Positions 10,534 to 20,282 are shown, counted from the stretch's first letter. The stretch: 32,000 nucleotides of DNA from an uncultured Lachnospiraceae bacterium (GCA_963517115.1 CAUQEW010000011.1:45225-77224); one strand, 5' to 3'. Notes: generated by a model not told the origin, from the letters alone. Translations and numbers: made by a program.

Positions 10534-11976
10534 TTAAGCTATATAATTAATAGGTATCCGAACTGTAAATGTGGTTCCTTCGTTTTCCTTACTATAAACT
10601 TTTATTGCACCCTTATGCATATGAATAGCATTTTTTGTAATTGATAACCCAAGTCCTGTACCACCTGTACTTCTCGAACGTGCTTTATCAACACGATAAA
10701 AGCGGTCAAAAATAAAGTCTTGTGCTTCTTCAGGAATGCCTATTCCAGAATCTGACACTTTTACGTAGAAATACTTATGATCTGCATTGAGTGATACTCG
10801 AACCCAGCCGTCTTCTATGTTATATTTAATAGCATTTTCAATTAAATTAGAGATTGCTAATGAAAGTTTAACCTCGTCTATCTCCGCTACAACTGGTCGA
10901 AAACTTTCAAAAACTAATTCAATATTTCGTTTCTTTGCTATTGGTCTTAATCGTTTCAGTACCTGTTCCAATAAATCATTGATTTTAATGGCAGAAATAT
11001 TCATATCACTTGCTGTCTTATCTAACTTCACTAAGGATAAAAGATCATTAATAATTTTATTTTCACGCTCAATTTCATCAGCAATATCCACTAAGAATTC
11101 CCGATACAATTCAGGTGCTACATTCTCCTGCATTAATAAAGAATCTGCTAATACTTTTACCGAAGTTAAGGGCGTTTTTAACTCGTGAGAGACATTAGAA
11201 ACGAATTCCTGTCTTGATCTTTCCAGATTCTTCATTCGAAGAAGCATTTGATTTAAAGAATTTGAGATTTGCTTAATCTCATAAAATCCATCAATGGTAA
11301 CCTCTTCATCCATATAGCCTTCAGTCAGGTGACCGACTGCATTCTTCAGGTTTATTAAAGGTTTTGTTAATATTCCAGAAAAGAAAAATGAAATTACTAA
11401 AATTATGATAGCAGTAGTCATAAATAAAACAGATGCTTTCTGGGATAATATTTCAGATATAGTAACGATATTCTTAGTAGAAAAGTTCATAACAATAACA
11501 CCCATAATTTCTTTAGTGGTATTATGTGTGATTGGTATAGACATCTCTATATAATTGTGCGGTTTATTCTGAAAAATACTATTCGTTCCACGAAGACAAT
11601 TAATGACCTTTTCAGATATTAAAGTTTTGCCATCTTCAATCCCATAGGTATCATTGAGAATATTTAGATGGTTGTCTACAACAAGTATTCTTCCATCAAA
11701 AATACTAGCAATCCGAGTGAGCTCCGTATCAACTTCAGTAACGGTCGGATCTGTTACGTACCCTGAAGATAGCATAAGGTTTACTAACGAATTGCCTTGA
11801 CTTTGTAATTCACTCTTTATCTGTTCATTCGCCTTACTATTATACGTATTAATCATTACCCCTGTAAATATTAGTACAGGAATGATGCCAATTAAGAAGA
11901 GTACTATTACTTCATACACTCTTATACTTTTTAAAAACCAGAATTTAGATTTAATCTTGGAAAAAATAGCCAACAC
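10534..11976 (-). CDS. Sensor histidine kinase (2 TM, HAMP, HisKA, HATPase_c)
   Basis: It has the H-box SHELKTPLTS, the N-box NLIENAIKYN, and the G-boxes DSGIGIP and GGTGLGLSI. The start is uncertain. The track ATG at 12051 overlaps the regulator gene by 100 nt, so I prefer the GTG at 11976 or the TTG at 11973, which overlap the regulator stop by about 25 nt. Confidence 0.8.
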   Translation of the reverse strand: MLAIFSKIKSKFWFLKSIRVYEVIVLFLIGIIPVLIFTGVMINTYNSKANEQIKSELQSQGNSLVNLMLSSGYVTDPTVTEVDTELTRIASIFDGRILVVDNHLNILNDTYGIEDGKTLISEKVINCLRGTNSIFQNKPHNYIEMSIPITHNTTKEIMGVIVMNFSTKNIVTISEILSQKASVLFMTTAIIILVISFFFSGILTKPLINLKNAVGHLTEGYMDEEVTIDGFYEIKQISNSLNQMLLRMKNLERSRQEFVSNVSHELKTPLTSVKVLADSLLMQENVAPELYREFLVDIADEIERENKIINDLLSLVKLDKTASDMNISAIKINDLLEQVLKRLRPIAKKRNIELVFESFRPVVAEIDEVKLSLAISNLIENAIKYNIEDGWVRVSLNADHKYFYVKVSDSGIGIPEEAQDFIFDRFYRVDKARSRSTGGTGLGLSITKNAIHMHKGAIKVYSKENEGTTFTVRIPINYIA

Positions 11977-12643
11977 CCCATTTTGTATGTATATATTTCG
12001 GTTCACTAGGATTTTCTTCAATCTTTTCACGCAATCTACGAATATGAACATCCACAGTTCTTACATCACCAGGATAATCATATCCCCATACAATATTGAG
12101 TAAATTCTCACGACTATATACTTTATTAGGATTGAAAATTAGTAACTCCAGTAAATCAAATTCCTTAGCAGTTAAATTAACCTCTTTATTACTTACATAA
12201 ACACGTCTGCTTTCACAGTCAATCTTTAGATCCTCAAATTTAATAACTTTAGCTTGATTCTCAGTATTTTTCTTTGTACTGCGCCGCATAATTGCTTTGA
12301 TACGAGCTTTCACTTCTAATATATTAAAAGGCTTAGTTATATAATCATCTGCTCCATATTCTAAACCAAGAATTTTGTCCATATCATCACCTTTTGCAGT
12401 CAACATAATGATTGGCATGTTAGAGAATTCTCGTATCTGTTGACAAACTTCAAAACCTGTTATCTTTGGTAGCATGACATCAAGTAGCACAATATCATAT
12501 TCCTTCTTCTTTGCAGCTTCTAATGCTTCTTCACCATCATAGGCACAATCTACTTCCATACCATCTTGTTCCAGGCTAAAGCGAATACCTTTTACTATTA
12601 ATTTTTCATCATCAACAACGAGTACTTTCTTTCCCACTTTCAT
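11951..12643 (-). CDS. OmpR/PhoB-family response regulator
   Basis: The receiver domain (VLVVDDE ... DIVLLDVMLP ... MLTAKG) is followed by a winged-helix output domain (LTAKEFDLLELL ... VDVHIRRLREKIE). The exact start (12646, 12643 or 12637) is ambiguous. Confidence 0.9.
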   Translation of the reverse strand: MKVGKKVLVVDDEKLIVKGIRFSLEQDGMEVDCAYDGEEALEAAKKKEYDIVLLDVMLPKITGFEVCQQIREFSNMPIIMLTAKGDDMDKILGLEYGADDYITKPFNILEVKARIKAIMRRSTKKNTENQAKVIKFEDLKIDCESRRVYVSNKEVNLTAKEFDLLELLIFNPNKVYSRENLLNIVWGYDYPGDVRTVDVHIRRLREKIEENPSEPKYIHTKWGVGYFFQD

Positions 12644-12701
12644 CACCTCATAATATTCTATACTAAGTAGTTTTCGTTATTTAAAAACCACTTATGAAAA
12701 C

Positions 12702-13409
12702 TTAGTTAACTGTTAACATATCGCAAATCTTATTAAAAACAGAATCTTTTATTCCGTCAATATTTTTAATCTCTTCTATCGTCTTAAAACCATCATTATC
12801 TTGTCTGTATGTTATAATACTTTTTGCTTTCGATTCACCAATACCAGTTAAGGTCATTAACTCTTCCATATTTGCTGCATTAATATTTACTTTTACAGGT
12901 TTCTCAATATCACTATCCTTCACAGAAAAATCAGAGGGAGTCATGTCTTCTACCTCTTCCTTGGTAGGAATATAGATTTGTTGACCATCCTCCACCAAAG
13001 CAGCTTGGTTTACAAAATCACCCGCCGCATCATCTGTTAAGCCACCCGCTAATTTAATTATATCAAACAAACGAGAATCCTTTTCGACTTCATAAACATT
13101 CGGTTCTTTGACAGCTCCACAAATATGAATATAAATTAACTCAACACGAATAACCTCAGTATCCTCTTGCGGTACTATTTCATTCTCTTGTATAACTTTT
13201 GTATCATCTTGTATTGCTTTTGTATCATCTTGTATTACTTTTGTATTTTCATCTTTTTCTTGTACATTCGTTTGTGCAAAGTTGGTATCTTGATTTTGTA
13301 AAACTACCTGTGCCTCTTGTATACCAGCACTTCTACAGCTATATAAGATTCCGGCAAGCACGATAAACATTATTGTTAATCCTGTTGTTATCCATTTTTT
13401 ATTCTTCAT
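12702..13409 (-). CDS. comEA: ComEA-family DNA receptor (TM anchor, SLBB-like domain, helix-hairpin-helix)
   Basis: The C-terminus carries INAANMEELMTLTGIGESKAKSIITYR...IKNIDGIKDSVFNKI (tandem HhH). The start is at MKNKKW (13409), which has an AAAGGA RBS. An internal heptad repeat TKVIQDD is present. Confidence 0.85.
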   Translation of the reverse strand: MKNKKWITTGLTIMFIVLAGILYSCRSAGIQEAQVVLQNQDTNFAQTNVQEKDENTKVIQDDTKAIQDDTKVIQENEIVPQEDTEVIRVELIYIHICGAVKEPNVYEVEKDSRLFDIIKLAGGLTDDAAGDFVNQAALVEDGQQIYIPTKEEVEDMTPSDFSVKDSDIEKPVKVNINAANMEELMTLTGIGESKAKSIITYRQDNDGFKTIEEIKNIDGIKDSVFNKICDMLTVN

Positions 13410-13581
13410 GAATATCATCCTTTACAAATAAAGTAATGAAACAAATTACTTTATGAAAAAGGTCTCACCAATATCGTATCCTCAATACTAAATAGCATAA
13501 TATTATTCTACCTAATAAAATGTATGATTACAATAGGTAATTCGAAAGAATTTTATTTGTAAGGAAAATGTAATGAAGTGG

Positions 13582-14016
13582 CTATTCCCACTTAAATGTT
13601 ATAATACCTCCAATGATGAAAGCTAATCCAATTAACTTCCTCCATTCAAATTTTACTCGTTCAACTCCAAAAATACCGACTAATTCAATTCCATATGCCA
13701 CAATTAATTGGGAAACTACAATTAACATAATAGCACGGGCTGGTCCAAGTGTATCCATACTTTTAATTACAGTGTAGGTTATAAATGCTCCCATAGCTCC
13801 GCCTAATAACATATACTTATTATCAATTTTAAGTAATGCACCAAAATTACTTTCTCGTCCCGTAAGAAACCATGCAGCTATGCAAACAAGAAAAGCTGAA
13901 AATTGTACAAAACTAGATGAAACCCATATGCTTGTTTCCTTTGTTACTCCTGTGTTGAGTACCCCTTGAATACTCATTAATGCACCCGAAATTATTGCAA
14001 TTATCATTCCTATCAT
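13582..14016 (-). CDS. DMT-superfamily small membrane transporter (DUF606/YdcZ-like)
   Basis: The 144-aa protein has about 5 TM. Its N-terminus (IISGALMSIQGVLN) is typical of the YdcZ family. Confidence 0.6.
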   Translation of the reverse strand: MIGMIIAIISGALMSIQGVLNTGVTKETSIWVSSSFVQFSAFLVCIAAWFLTGRESNFGALLKIDNKYMLLGGAMGAFITYTVIKSMDTLGPARAIMLIVVSQLIVAYGIELVGIFGVERVKFEWRKLIGLAFIIGGIITFKWE

Positions 14017-14158
14017 AGGTTCACCTTTCCATTATATAAAATTGCAGCTACAAACTTTCATAACAGCTTCTATATTTTTGCCAATTTCAAGGTGAGATAT
14101 TCAATACCGTGTCCTTATAATTCACATTTATCATGTATTACTTTCACATTTTGTATTC

Positions 14159-14218
14159 CTAAAAAATAATCTATAACATTAGGAGTACACATTAAGTACT
14201 CCTAACGTTATAGATTAT
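14159..14218 (-). terminator. Strong rho-independent terminator of the arg operon transcript
   Basis: A 23-bp stem forms between ATAATCTATAACATTAGGAGTAC (14166-14188) and GTACTCCTAACGTTATAGATTAT (14196-14218). Its one mismatch is T:G on the minus strand, and a minus-strand T-run follows it (the plus-strand A-run at 14160-14166). Confidence 0.8.
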
Positions 14219-14260
14219 CCCAGTGAAAAGCCTTATTACAAAATAATATAATTTATTATT

Positions 14261-14490
14261 GGGTGGATGTCAAAAGCCCTTCATAACAGGAATTATGAAT
14301 AGCGGTGTATATATAATCATTTTGTCGTCGAACTAGTTCGAATGAGATCGGCTGACAAGGCTGCTTATGTCTGACTATGAGACTAATCTTTGAGGCTCTA
14401 CAAAAGACATGCCGCAGGAAGGAAAGGTAGACAAAATGATTATATATACACCGCTATTCATTCCACAGTCAAAATTGAGCTTTGACACCC
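14261..14490. repeat. Family B long-foldback element, copy B2 (230 bp)
   Basis: There is a perfect 30-bp stem between GAATAGCGGTGTATATATAATCATTTTGTC (14297-14326) and 14430-14459. The outer pairing is GGGTG..TGTCAAA (14261-) with TTTGACACCC (-14490). The interior is homologous to B1, sharing CGGCYGA, TATGTYT, GAGGCT, AAAGACATG and AAGGTAG. Confidence 0.9.
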
Positions 14491-14509
14491 TAGCCATTTA
14501 TAATTTATT

Positions 14510-15691
14510 TTATAAACAACTTTCTAAAATGGTAATCATTTCATCCACATTTTCTTTCGTAATAATTAGAGGTGGCACGAATCGAATAATATTTGTACCT
14601 GCTGCAATAATAATTAATCCTTTACTCATTGCTTTTAGGATGTAATCTTTCACAGGTCCATTAAATTCTAAGCCTTGCATAAGACCTTTACCTCTTCTTT
14701 CTAGGATAAAGTCATATTTTACAACAAGTTCATCTAATTTTGCTTCCAGATAAGTTGATACCTCATTAACATGTTCAAGTAAATTCTCGCTCTTAAACAT
14801 ATCAAATACCTTGCTTACTGCTGCGGTAGCAAATGGATTACCACCATAAGTAGTACCATGGTCTCCAGGTTCAAAAGCACTTGCAGCTTTCTCGGTTGCC
14901 GCAAATGCACCAACAGGAACTCCACAGCCTAAAGCTTTTGCACAAGTAATTATATCTGGTTTAACTCCATAACCTTGATGTGCAAACATAGTGCCTGTTC
15001 TTCCCATTCCGCATTGAATCTCATCAAATATAAGAAGGATGTCCTTCTCATCACATAATGTTCTTAACCCCTCTAAGAATTGTTGATCTGCCGGAAATAG
15101 TCCACCCTCTCCTTGTACTGGTTCCACAATAATAGCACAGGTTTTTTCATTTACTTTTTCTTTCACACTATTTAAATTATTAAATTCTGCGAATACTGCC
15201 CCGCCGATTAAAGGTTCAAACGCCTCACGATATTTTGGCTGTCCGGTGATGGATAAGGCTCCCATACTTCTTCCGTGAAAAGAATTGTTCATTGAAATTA
15301 TTTCACTGCCTGCATGTTTATTCTTATTATAATAATATTTTCGGGCAAGTTTAATAGCACCTTCAATTGCTTCTGTACCACTATTCGTAAAAAATACTCG
15401 ATCCATACCGGAAGCTTTCGCTAGTTTAGTTGCTGCCTCAGTAGTAGGAATATTATAATAATAGTTAGAGGTATGTAGAAGCTTATCAATCTGATTCTTT
15501 AATGCATCATTGTATTCTTTGTTCGCATATCCTAATGCAAATACTGCAATTCCTGCTGCAAAATCCAGATATTTTTTGCCATCTGTATCAAAAAGATATA
15601 CTCCCTCTCCCTTGTCTAATACAATTTGATATCTGTTGTAGGTATGCATTAAAACTTGCTCCGCTTTATCAATATACTCTTGCATTTCCAT
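14510..15691 (-). CDS. argD: Acetylornithine aminotransferase
   Basis: This is a class-III aminotransferase, with DEIQCGMGRTG and the PLP lysine in TCAKALG. It is the last gene of the argCJBD cluster. Confidence 0.9.
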   Translation of the reverse strand: MEMQEYIDKAEQVLMHTYNRYQIVLDKGEGVYLFDTDGKKYLDFAAGIAVFALGYANKEYNDALKNQIDKLLHTSNYYYNIPTTEAATKLAKASGMDRVFFTNSGTEAIEGAIKLARKYYYNKNKHAGSEIISMNNSFHGRSMGALSITGQPKYREAFEPLIGGAVFAEFNNLNSVKEKVNEKTCAIIVEPVQGEGGLFPADQQFLEGLRTLCDEKDILLIFDEIQCGMGRTGTMFAHQGYGVKPDIITCAKALGCGVPVGAFAATEKAASAFEPGDHGTTYGGNPFATAAVSKVFDMFKSENLLEHVNEVSTYLEAKLDELVVKYDFILERRGKGLMQGLEFNGPVKDYILKAMSKGLIIIAAGTNIIRFVPPLIITKENVDEMITILESCL

Positions 15692-15706
15692 AGAAACTCC
15701 TCCTTA

Positions 15707-16615
15707 TTATTCTGAATGATCTACTTCGTGTTCAAACAATATTCCTTCATTATTAATTATTGCAGTACCAATACCTCGATTGGTAAAGAATTCGAGTAGT
15801 AAACAATGTTCCATTCTTCCGTCTAGAATATGCACTCTTGATACACCATTTCTAACGGCGTCAATACAGTTCTTCAATTTTGGAAGCATACCACCACCAA
15901 TAAATCCACTGTTAATTAAATCATCCGCTTTATCTAAAGTGAGCACTGATATTAATGAACTCTTGTCATTTGGATCTTTATATACACCTTCAATGTCAGT
16001 TAAGAATGCCAATTTTTCTGCTCCAATTGCTGTAGCCACTGCACATGCAGCATCATCTGCGTTAATATTGTAAGCATGATAATTCTCATCCAGCCCGATT
16101 GGTGCTATGATAGGTACAAAATTATTATCAATTAAGGTATTGATCAGATCCACATTAACCTCTGTTATATTGCCAACAAACCCAATGTCCTGTCCATTCA
16201 CTAATCTCTTTTCAACTTTTAGTGTTGAACCATCTTTACCACTGATTCCTACAGCCTTAACTCCTAGCTGCTCCACCATCTGAACCAATCCTTTATTAAC
16301 TTTGCCGAGTACCATTTCTGCTACTTCCATGGTTTCTTCATCTGTTACTCTTAAGCCTTCAACAAATTTTGATTCATGTCCAAGTAAATTAACCCATTTA
16401 CTAATTTCCTTGCCACCACCATGAACAATAATTGGCTGCATACCAACTAATTTTAATAGCGCAACATCTTTAATAACATTTAACTGAAGATTTTCATCTA
16501 ACATGGCACTCCCGCCATACTTAACAACTACCTTCTTATTATTGAACTTCTGAATATATGGTAAGGCTTCGATTAATGTTTGTGCCTTAATTAATATCTG
16601 ATCCATGTGTTCCAT
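15707..16615 (-). CDS. argB: Acetylglutamate kinase
   Basis: The VVKYGGSAM and IVHGGG motifs are present in a protein of about 300 aa. Confidence 0.9.
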   Translation of the reverse strand: MEHMDQILIKAQTLIEALPYIQKFNNKKVVVKYGGSAMLDENLQLNVIKDVALLKLVGMQPIIVHGGGKEISKWVNLLGHESKFVEGLRVTDEETMEVAEMVLGKVNKGLVQMVEQLGVKAVGISGKDGSTLKVEKRLVNGQDIGFVGNITEVNVDLINTLIDNNFVPIIAPIGLDENYHAYNINADDAACAVATAIGAEKLAFLTDIEGVYKDPNDKSSLISVLTLDKADDLINSGFIGGGMLPKLKNCIDAVRNGVSRVHILDGRMEHCLLLEFFTNRGIGTAIINNEGILFEHEVDHSE

Positions 16616-16738
16616 TGTATTATTTCCTCCTGGAAATTTTCCAATACCTTAATTGGAAATCTTTTTTAATTTGACTTGACAGTATATAGTAATATTATCT
16701 AATTTAAGAAATATAAATTCGTTATTCCCTCTAATCGA

Positions 16739-17959
16739 TTAGGAACGATAATCCGCATTTATCTTAATATAATCATAAGTTAAATCACAACCCCAAGCAG
16801 TGGCAGTAGCAGCACCCATCTTAACATCAGCAATTGCTCTTACTTCTTTTGCTGATAAAATCTTAGTGGCCATTTCTTCACTATAGTCCGTTGCCATTCC
16901 ATTTTCAACTAATTTTAGCTTGCCTTCTATACTTTCAATATATAAATCTACTTGCTCAGGGTCAAAATTCACACCGGAATAACCCATAGCACAAAGGATT
17001 CTGCCCCAATTTGCATCATTACCATATACAGCTGTTTTAACAAGGCTAGAGGTAATAATAGATTTGCTTAACGTAATAGCCTGATCTTTATCAGCAGCAC
17101 CAATAACAACTGTTTCGAATAATTTAGTAGCACCTTCACCGTCAGCAGCCATTTTTTTTGCTAAATCTGTTGTAACAATATTCAATGCTTTACAAAACTG
17201 ATCATAAACTTCATTTTTTTCTGTAATTTCAATATTTCCAGCCATCCCATTTGCTAATATGATTAATGAATCATTGGTAGAAGTATCTCTATCTACAGAA
17301 ATCATATTAAAGGTATCTTTTACATTCGCACTAATAGCATCTTGTAATAAACTTTTACTAATTGCCAAATCGGTTGTAACAACACCTAGCATCGTTGCCA
17401 TATTAGGATGAATCATACCTGAGCCTTTTGCCATACCACCGATTGTAACTTCTTTTTCCCCAATCATAAAGGTAACTGCACATTCCTTGGAATAGGTATC
17501 TGTTGTCATTATAGCTTCTGCTGCCATAAGACCTGCTTCAATCGTTTCCTCTAATGCTGCCGCTAATAATTTGGCTCCTTCTGTAATTGCATCCATTGGT
17601 AACTGTTTACCGATAACTCCTGTAGATGCAGTGAGCACTGCAGATGAAGAAAGATGTAAACTAGCAGCTACTGTCTCTGCCATCTTTAAGTTATTCTCAT
17701 CACCTTCTAAACCGGTACAGGCATTAGCGACACCGCTATTAAGAACAACTGCCTGAGCTGTTTCGTTTTCTTTGATAATCTTCATATCCCATTTTACAGG
17801 GGCAGCCTTTACCACGTTGGTTGTAAATGTTCCAGCTACCTTAGCCGGTATGTCACTATATATCAAAGCCATATCTTTTCTTTTCTTTTTAATTCCAGCA
17901 TATAGTCCGATTGCTTTAAATCCTTTTGCTGCAGTTACACCGCCTTGAATAATCTCCAT
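16739..17959 (-). CDS. argJ: Bifunctional ornithine acetyltransferase / N-acetylglutamate synthase
   Basis: The autoproteolysis site context HPNMATMLGVVTTD is present in a 406-aa protein. Confidence 0.9.
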   Translation of the reverse strand: MEIIQGGVTAAKGFKAIGLYAGIKKKRKDMALIYSDIPAKVAGTFTTNVVKAAPVKWDMKIIKENETAQAVVLNSGVANACTGLEGDENNLKMAETVAASLHLSSSAVLTASTGVIGKQLPMDAITEGAKLLAAALEETIEAGLMAAEAIMTTDTYSKECAVTFMIGEKEVTIGGMAKGSGMIHPNMATMLGVVTTDLAISKSLLQDAISANVKDTFNMISVDRDTSTNDSLIILANGMAGNIEITEKNEVYDQFCKALNIVTTDLAKKMAADGEGATKLFETVVIGAADKDQAITLSKSIITSSLVKTAVYGNDANWGRILCAMGYSGVNFDPEQVDLYIESIEGKLKLVENGMATDYSEEMATKILSAKEVRAIADVKMGAATATAWGCDLTYDYIKINADYRS

Positions 17960-17999
17960 AGTTAATCCTCCTAAATATCGTAATTGATTTATATTCTGA

Positions 18000-19040
18000 T
18001 TACGGAAACATAGGTACTAATTGTAATCCGGTAGTTTCCTCTAAACCAAACATTAAATTCATATTCTGCACTGCTTGACCTGCAGCCCCTTTTACTAAAT
18101 TATCCATAGCCCCCATCATAATAATGCGCTTGGTTCTCGGATCAATCACAAAGTTCACATCCACAAAGTTACTTCCCTCTACCCATCTGGTTTCTGGACA
18201 AATTCCCTTATCTAAAACACGAACAAAGTATTCCTTTTTATAATATTTATCATAGATAACCTTAATCTCATCGTAAGATACCTCTTTTTTTAGATTAGCA
18301 TAAGAAGTGGTAAGTATACCTCGATTCATCGGTACTAAATGAGGTGTGAAATTAATATTTAAAGCCTCATCTGCCACATAAGACAATTGTTCTTCAATCT
18401 CAGGTGTATGTCTGTGGCTTGCAACTCCATAAGCCTTAATGCTTTCATTAACCTCACAATACAGATTTCCCACCTTTGCTGCTCTACCTGCTCCCGATGT
18501 CCCTGATTTTGCATCCACTATAATTGAATGAGGATCAATCAAACCTTCCATCAACATTGGGTATATCGATAAGGTAGTGCAGGTTGGATAGCAGCCTGGA
18601 TTGGCAACTAATCTTGCTTTTTTGACTTGTTCTCTGTTAATTTCACATAGTCCATAAACAGCTTCCTCAATAAATTGAGGACTTTTGTGCTCGATTCCAT
18701 ACCATTCTTCATATATACTCACATCTTTTATTCTAAAATCTGCACTGAGATCTATAATTTTAACCTTTGATAGAATTTCTTCATTTAATAAGGAAGCACA
18801 TAATCCTTGAGGAGTAGCTGTAAATATTACATCCACCTGTCTTGCAAGTTCTTCCATATTATCATCCATACAAGTAGCGTCTACTAATTCGAACATATTT
18901 TGAAAAACTTCATAGTATTTTTTATCAATATAGCTCTTTGAACCATACCATACAATTTTTGCATCTTTATGCTGTAAAAGTATTCTAACTAATTCCTGTC
19001 CGGCATAACCGGTTGAACCTATAATACCTACCTTTATCAT
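18000..19040 (-). CDS. argC: N-acetyl-gamma-glutamyl-phosphate reductase
   Basis: It has an N-terminal GSTGYAG Rossmann motif and the catalytic-site context NPGCYPT. Confidence 0.9.
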   Translation of the reverse strand: MIKVGIIGSTGYAGQELVRILLQHKDAKIVWYGSKSYIDKKYYEVFQNMFELVDATCMDDNMEELARQVDVIFTATPQGLCASLLNEEILSKVKIIDLSADFRIKDVSIYEEWYGIEHKSPQFIEEAVYGLCEINREQVKKARLVANPGCYPTCTTLSIYPMLMEGLIDPHSIIVDAKSGTSGAGRAAKVGNLYCEVNESIKAYGVASHRHTPEIEEQLSYVADEALNINFTPHLVPMNRGILTTSYANLKKEVSYDEIKVIYDKYYKKEYFVRVLDKGICPETRWVEGSNFVDVNFVIDPRTKRIIMMGAMDNLVKGAAGQAVQNMNLMFGLEETTGLQLVPMFP

Positions 19041-19150
19041 TTTCTTACCTCCATTTGTTTCCTTCTATTAAAATGTTCACTATATCTTAGAAATACATAT
19101 CCCACGTCTATTTCCCATTCGTTGATATCCTTTTCGAATATTTTCTCATA

Positions 19151-19180
19151 ATTATACATCTTTATTGATTATTATGCAAT
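19151..19180 (-). promoter_or_regulatory. argC promoter with an overlapping ARG-box-like operator
   Basis: On the minus strand, TTGCAT (19179-19174) is followed by 17 nt and TATAAT (19156-19151). The 18-mer ATTGCATAATAATCAATA (19180-19163) matches the argG box at 15 of 18 positions by my hand alignment. Confidence 0.55.
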
Positions 19181-19308
19181 AGCTGTTTCATGAAAATATT
19201 AATATTTTTCTATGTTTTTTGTATATTCTTTCACAAATGGATTGTTGCTAAATTAATTTCTATACAATTGCTGGCCAAAAGTCGCCTATAATAATTGGAA
19301 TTTTAGAC

Positions 19309-19902
19309 TCATGGATTAAGAATATCAATGCCCTCATTCGTTAACACTATATTAAGCTTGGAAATAGGAAAACCTACTATATTATAATAGTCACCTTCAA
19401 TTTTACCTATATTAATTGCATATTTTCCCTGAATACCATATGCGCCTGCTTTATCATAAGGTTCACCTGTAGATATATAGGCAGCAATTTGCTCATCCGT
19501 CATCGTGTTCACCCAAACATTAGAAACTTCAACAAAATTAATAATTTTATTTCGCTTTTCATCCGACTTCTTAATTACCACAGATACTCCGGTGAATACT
19601 TGATGTTTGTTCCCTTGCAAAAGACGAAGCATTTTCTTCGCATCTTCTTCATCCTTAGGTTTACCCATAATCTGTCCATCTATTGCTACCATAGTATCAG
19701 CACCAATAATAATTACATTTCCTTCTATCTGTTTTGCCACATCCTCGGCTTTCATAGCCGCAAGTTCTATAACAATTTCTTTTGGTATGGTCTTTGTAAT
19801 AACTTCTTCCATATCACTTGCACAAACAGAAAAATTCACGCCAACCTGTTCAAATATTTCTTTTCTTCTGGGTGACCCAGACGCTAAAACTATCTTGTAC
19901 AT
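19309..19902 (-). CDS. maf: Maf-family nucleoside triphosphate pyrophosphatase
   Basis: The N-terminal LASGSPRRKEI motif is present in a 197-aa protein. Confidence 0.9.
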   Translation of the reverse strand: MYKIVLASGSPRRKEIFEQVGVNFSVCASDMEEVITKTIPKEIVIELAAMKAEDVAKQIEGNVIIIGADTMVAIDGQIMGKPKDEEDAKKMLRLLQGNKHQVFTGVSVVIKKSDEKRNKIINFVEVSNVWVNTMTDEQIAAYISTGEPYDKAGAYGIQGKYAINIGKIEGDYYNIVGFPISKLNIVLTNEGIDILNP

Positions 19903-20246
19903 ATTTTACACGCTCCTAAGATTACTAAATTATTTTCATTGAAGCTCCCATTGCATGCCACATCTGCTTGCAGATGTGGCACTGCCTAGCTTAAGACTTC
20001 GTTTTTAGAATGTCGTTGCTTAATCAGGGTGTGAAAATGGTTTTTGATTTTCACTTTATGCATAACAAAAGTGGTTCTTTATCTATATTATTTTAACTCT
20101 TTACTGCATAAATCAGTATTACCAAATAAATGGTATACCATAGTAGTCTAGCATAATCAAATTAATATATCAAGGATAGTCATTGGTATTTCCAATGGAT
20201 GATGTTTATATACTAAAAATATTTATCAAAATTTTTTAATTTTACT

Positions 20247-20282
20247 ATTGCATAAAATATCAAATTGATGTATATTTATAAT
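20247..20282 (+). promoter_or_regulatory. argG promoter with an overlapping ARG-box-like operator
   Basis: TTGCAT (20248-20253) is followed by 17 nt and TATATT (20271-20276). The box ATTGCATAAAATATCAAA (20247-20264) matches TNTGAATWWWWATTCANW at about 14 of 18 positions. A weaker second box follows at 20265-20282. Confidence 0.5.

Noticed and set aside
10534-12051. The full 505-aa histidine kinase ORF starting at ATG 12051
   Set aside because: It would overlap the response regulator gene by 100 nt, and the extra N-terminal residues are not TM-like. A GTG or TTG start near 11976 fits the usual short overlap of regulator and kinase genes.
13428-13455. The AT-only hairpin AAAGTAAT..ATTACTTT upstream of comEA as a terminator for the DUF606 gene
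   Set aside because: The stem is weak (all A:T), it lies 130 nt from the stop codon, and there is no convincing U-tract.
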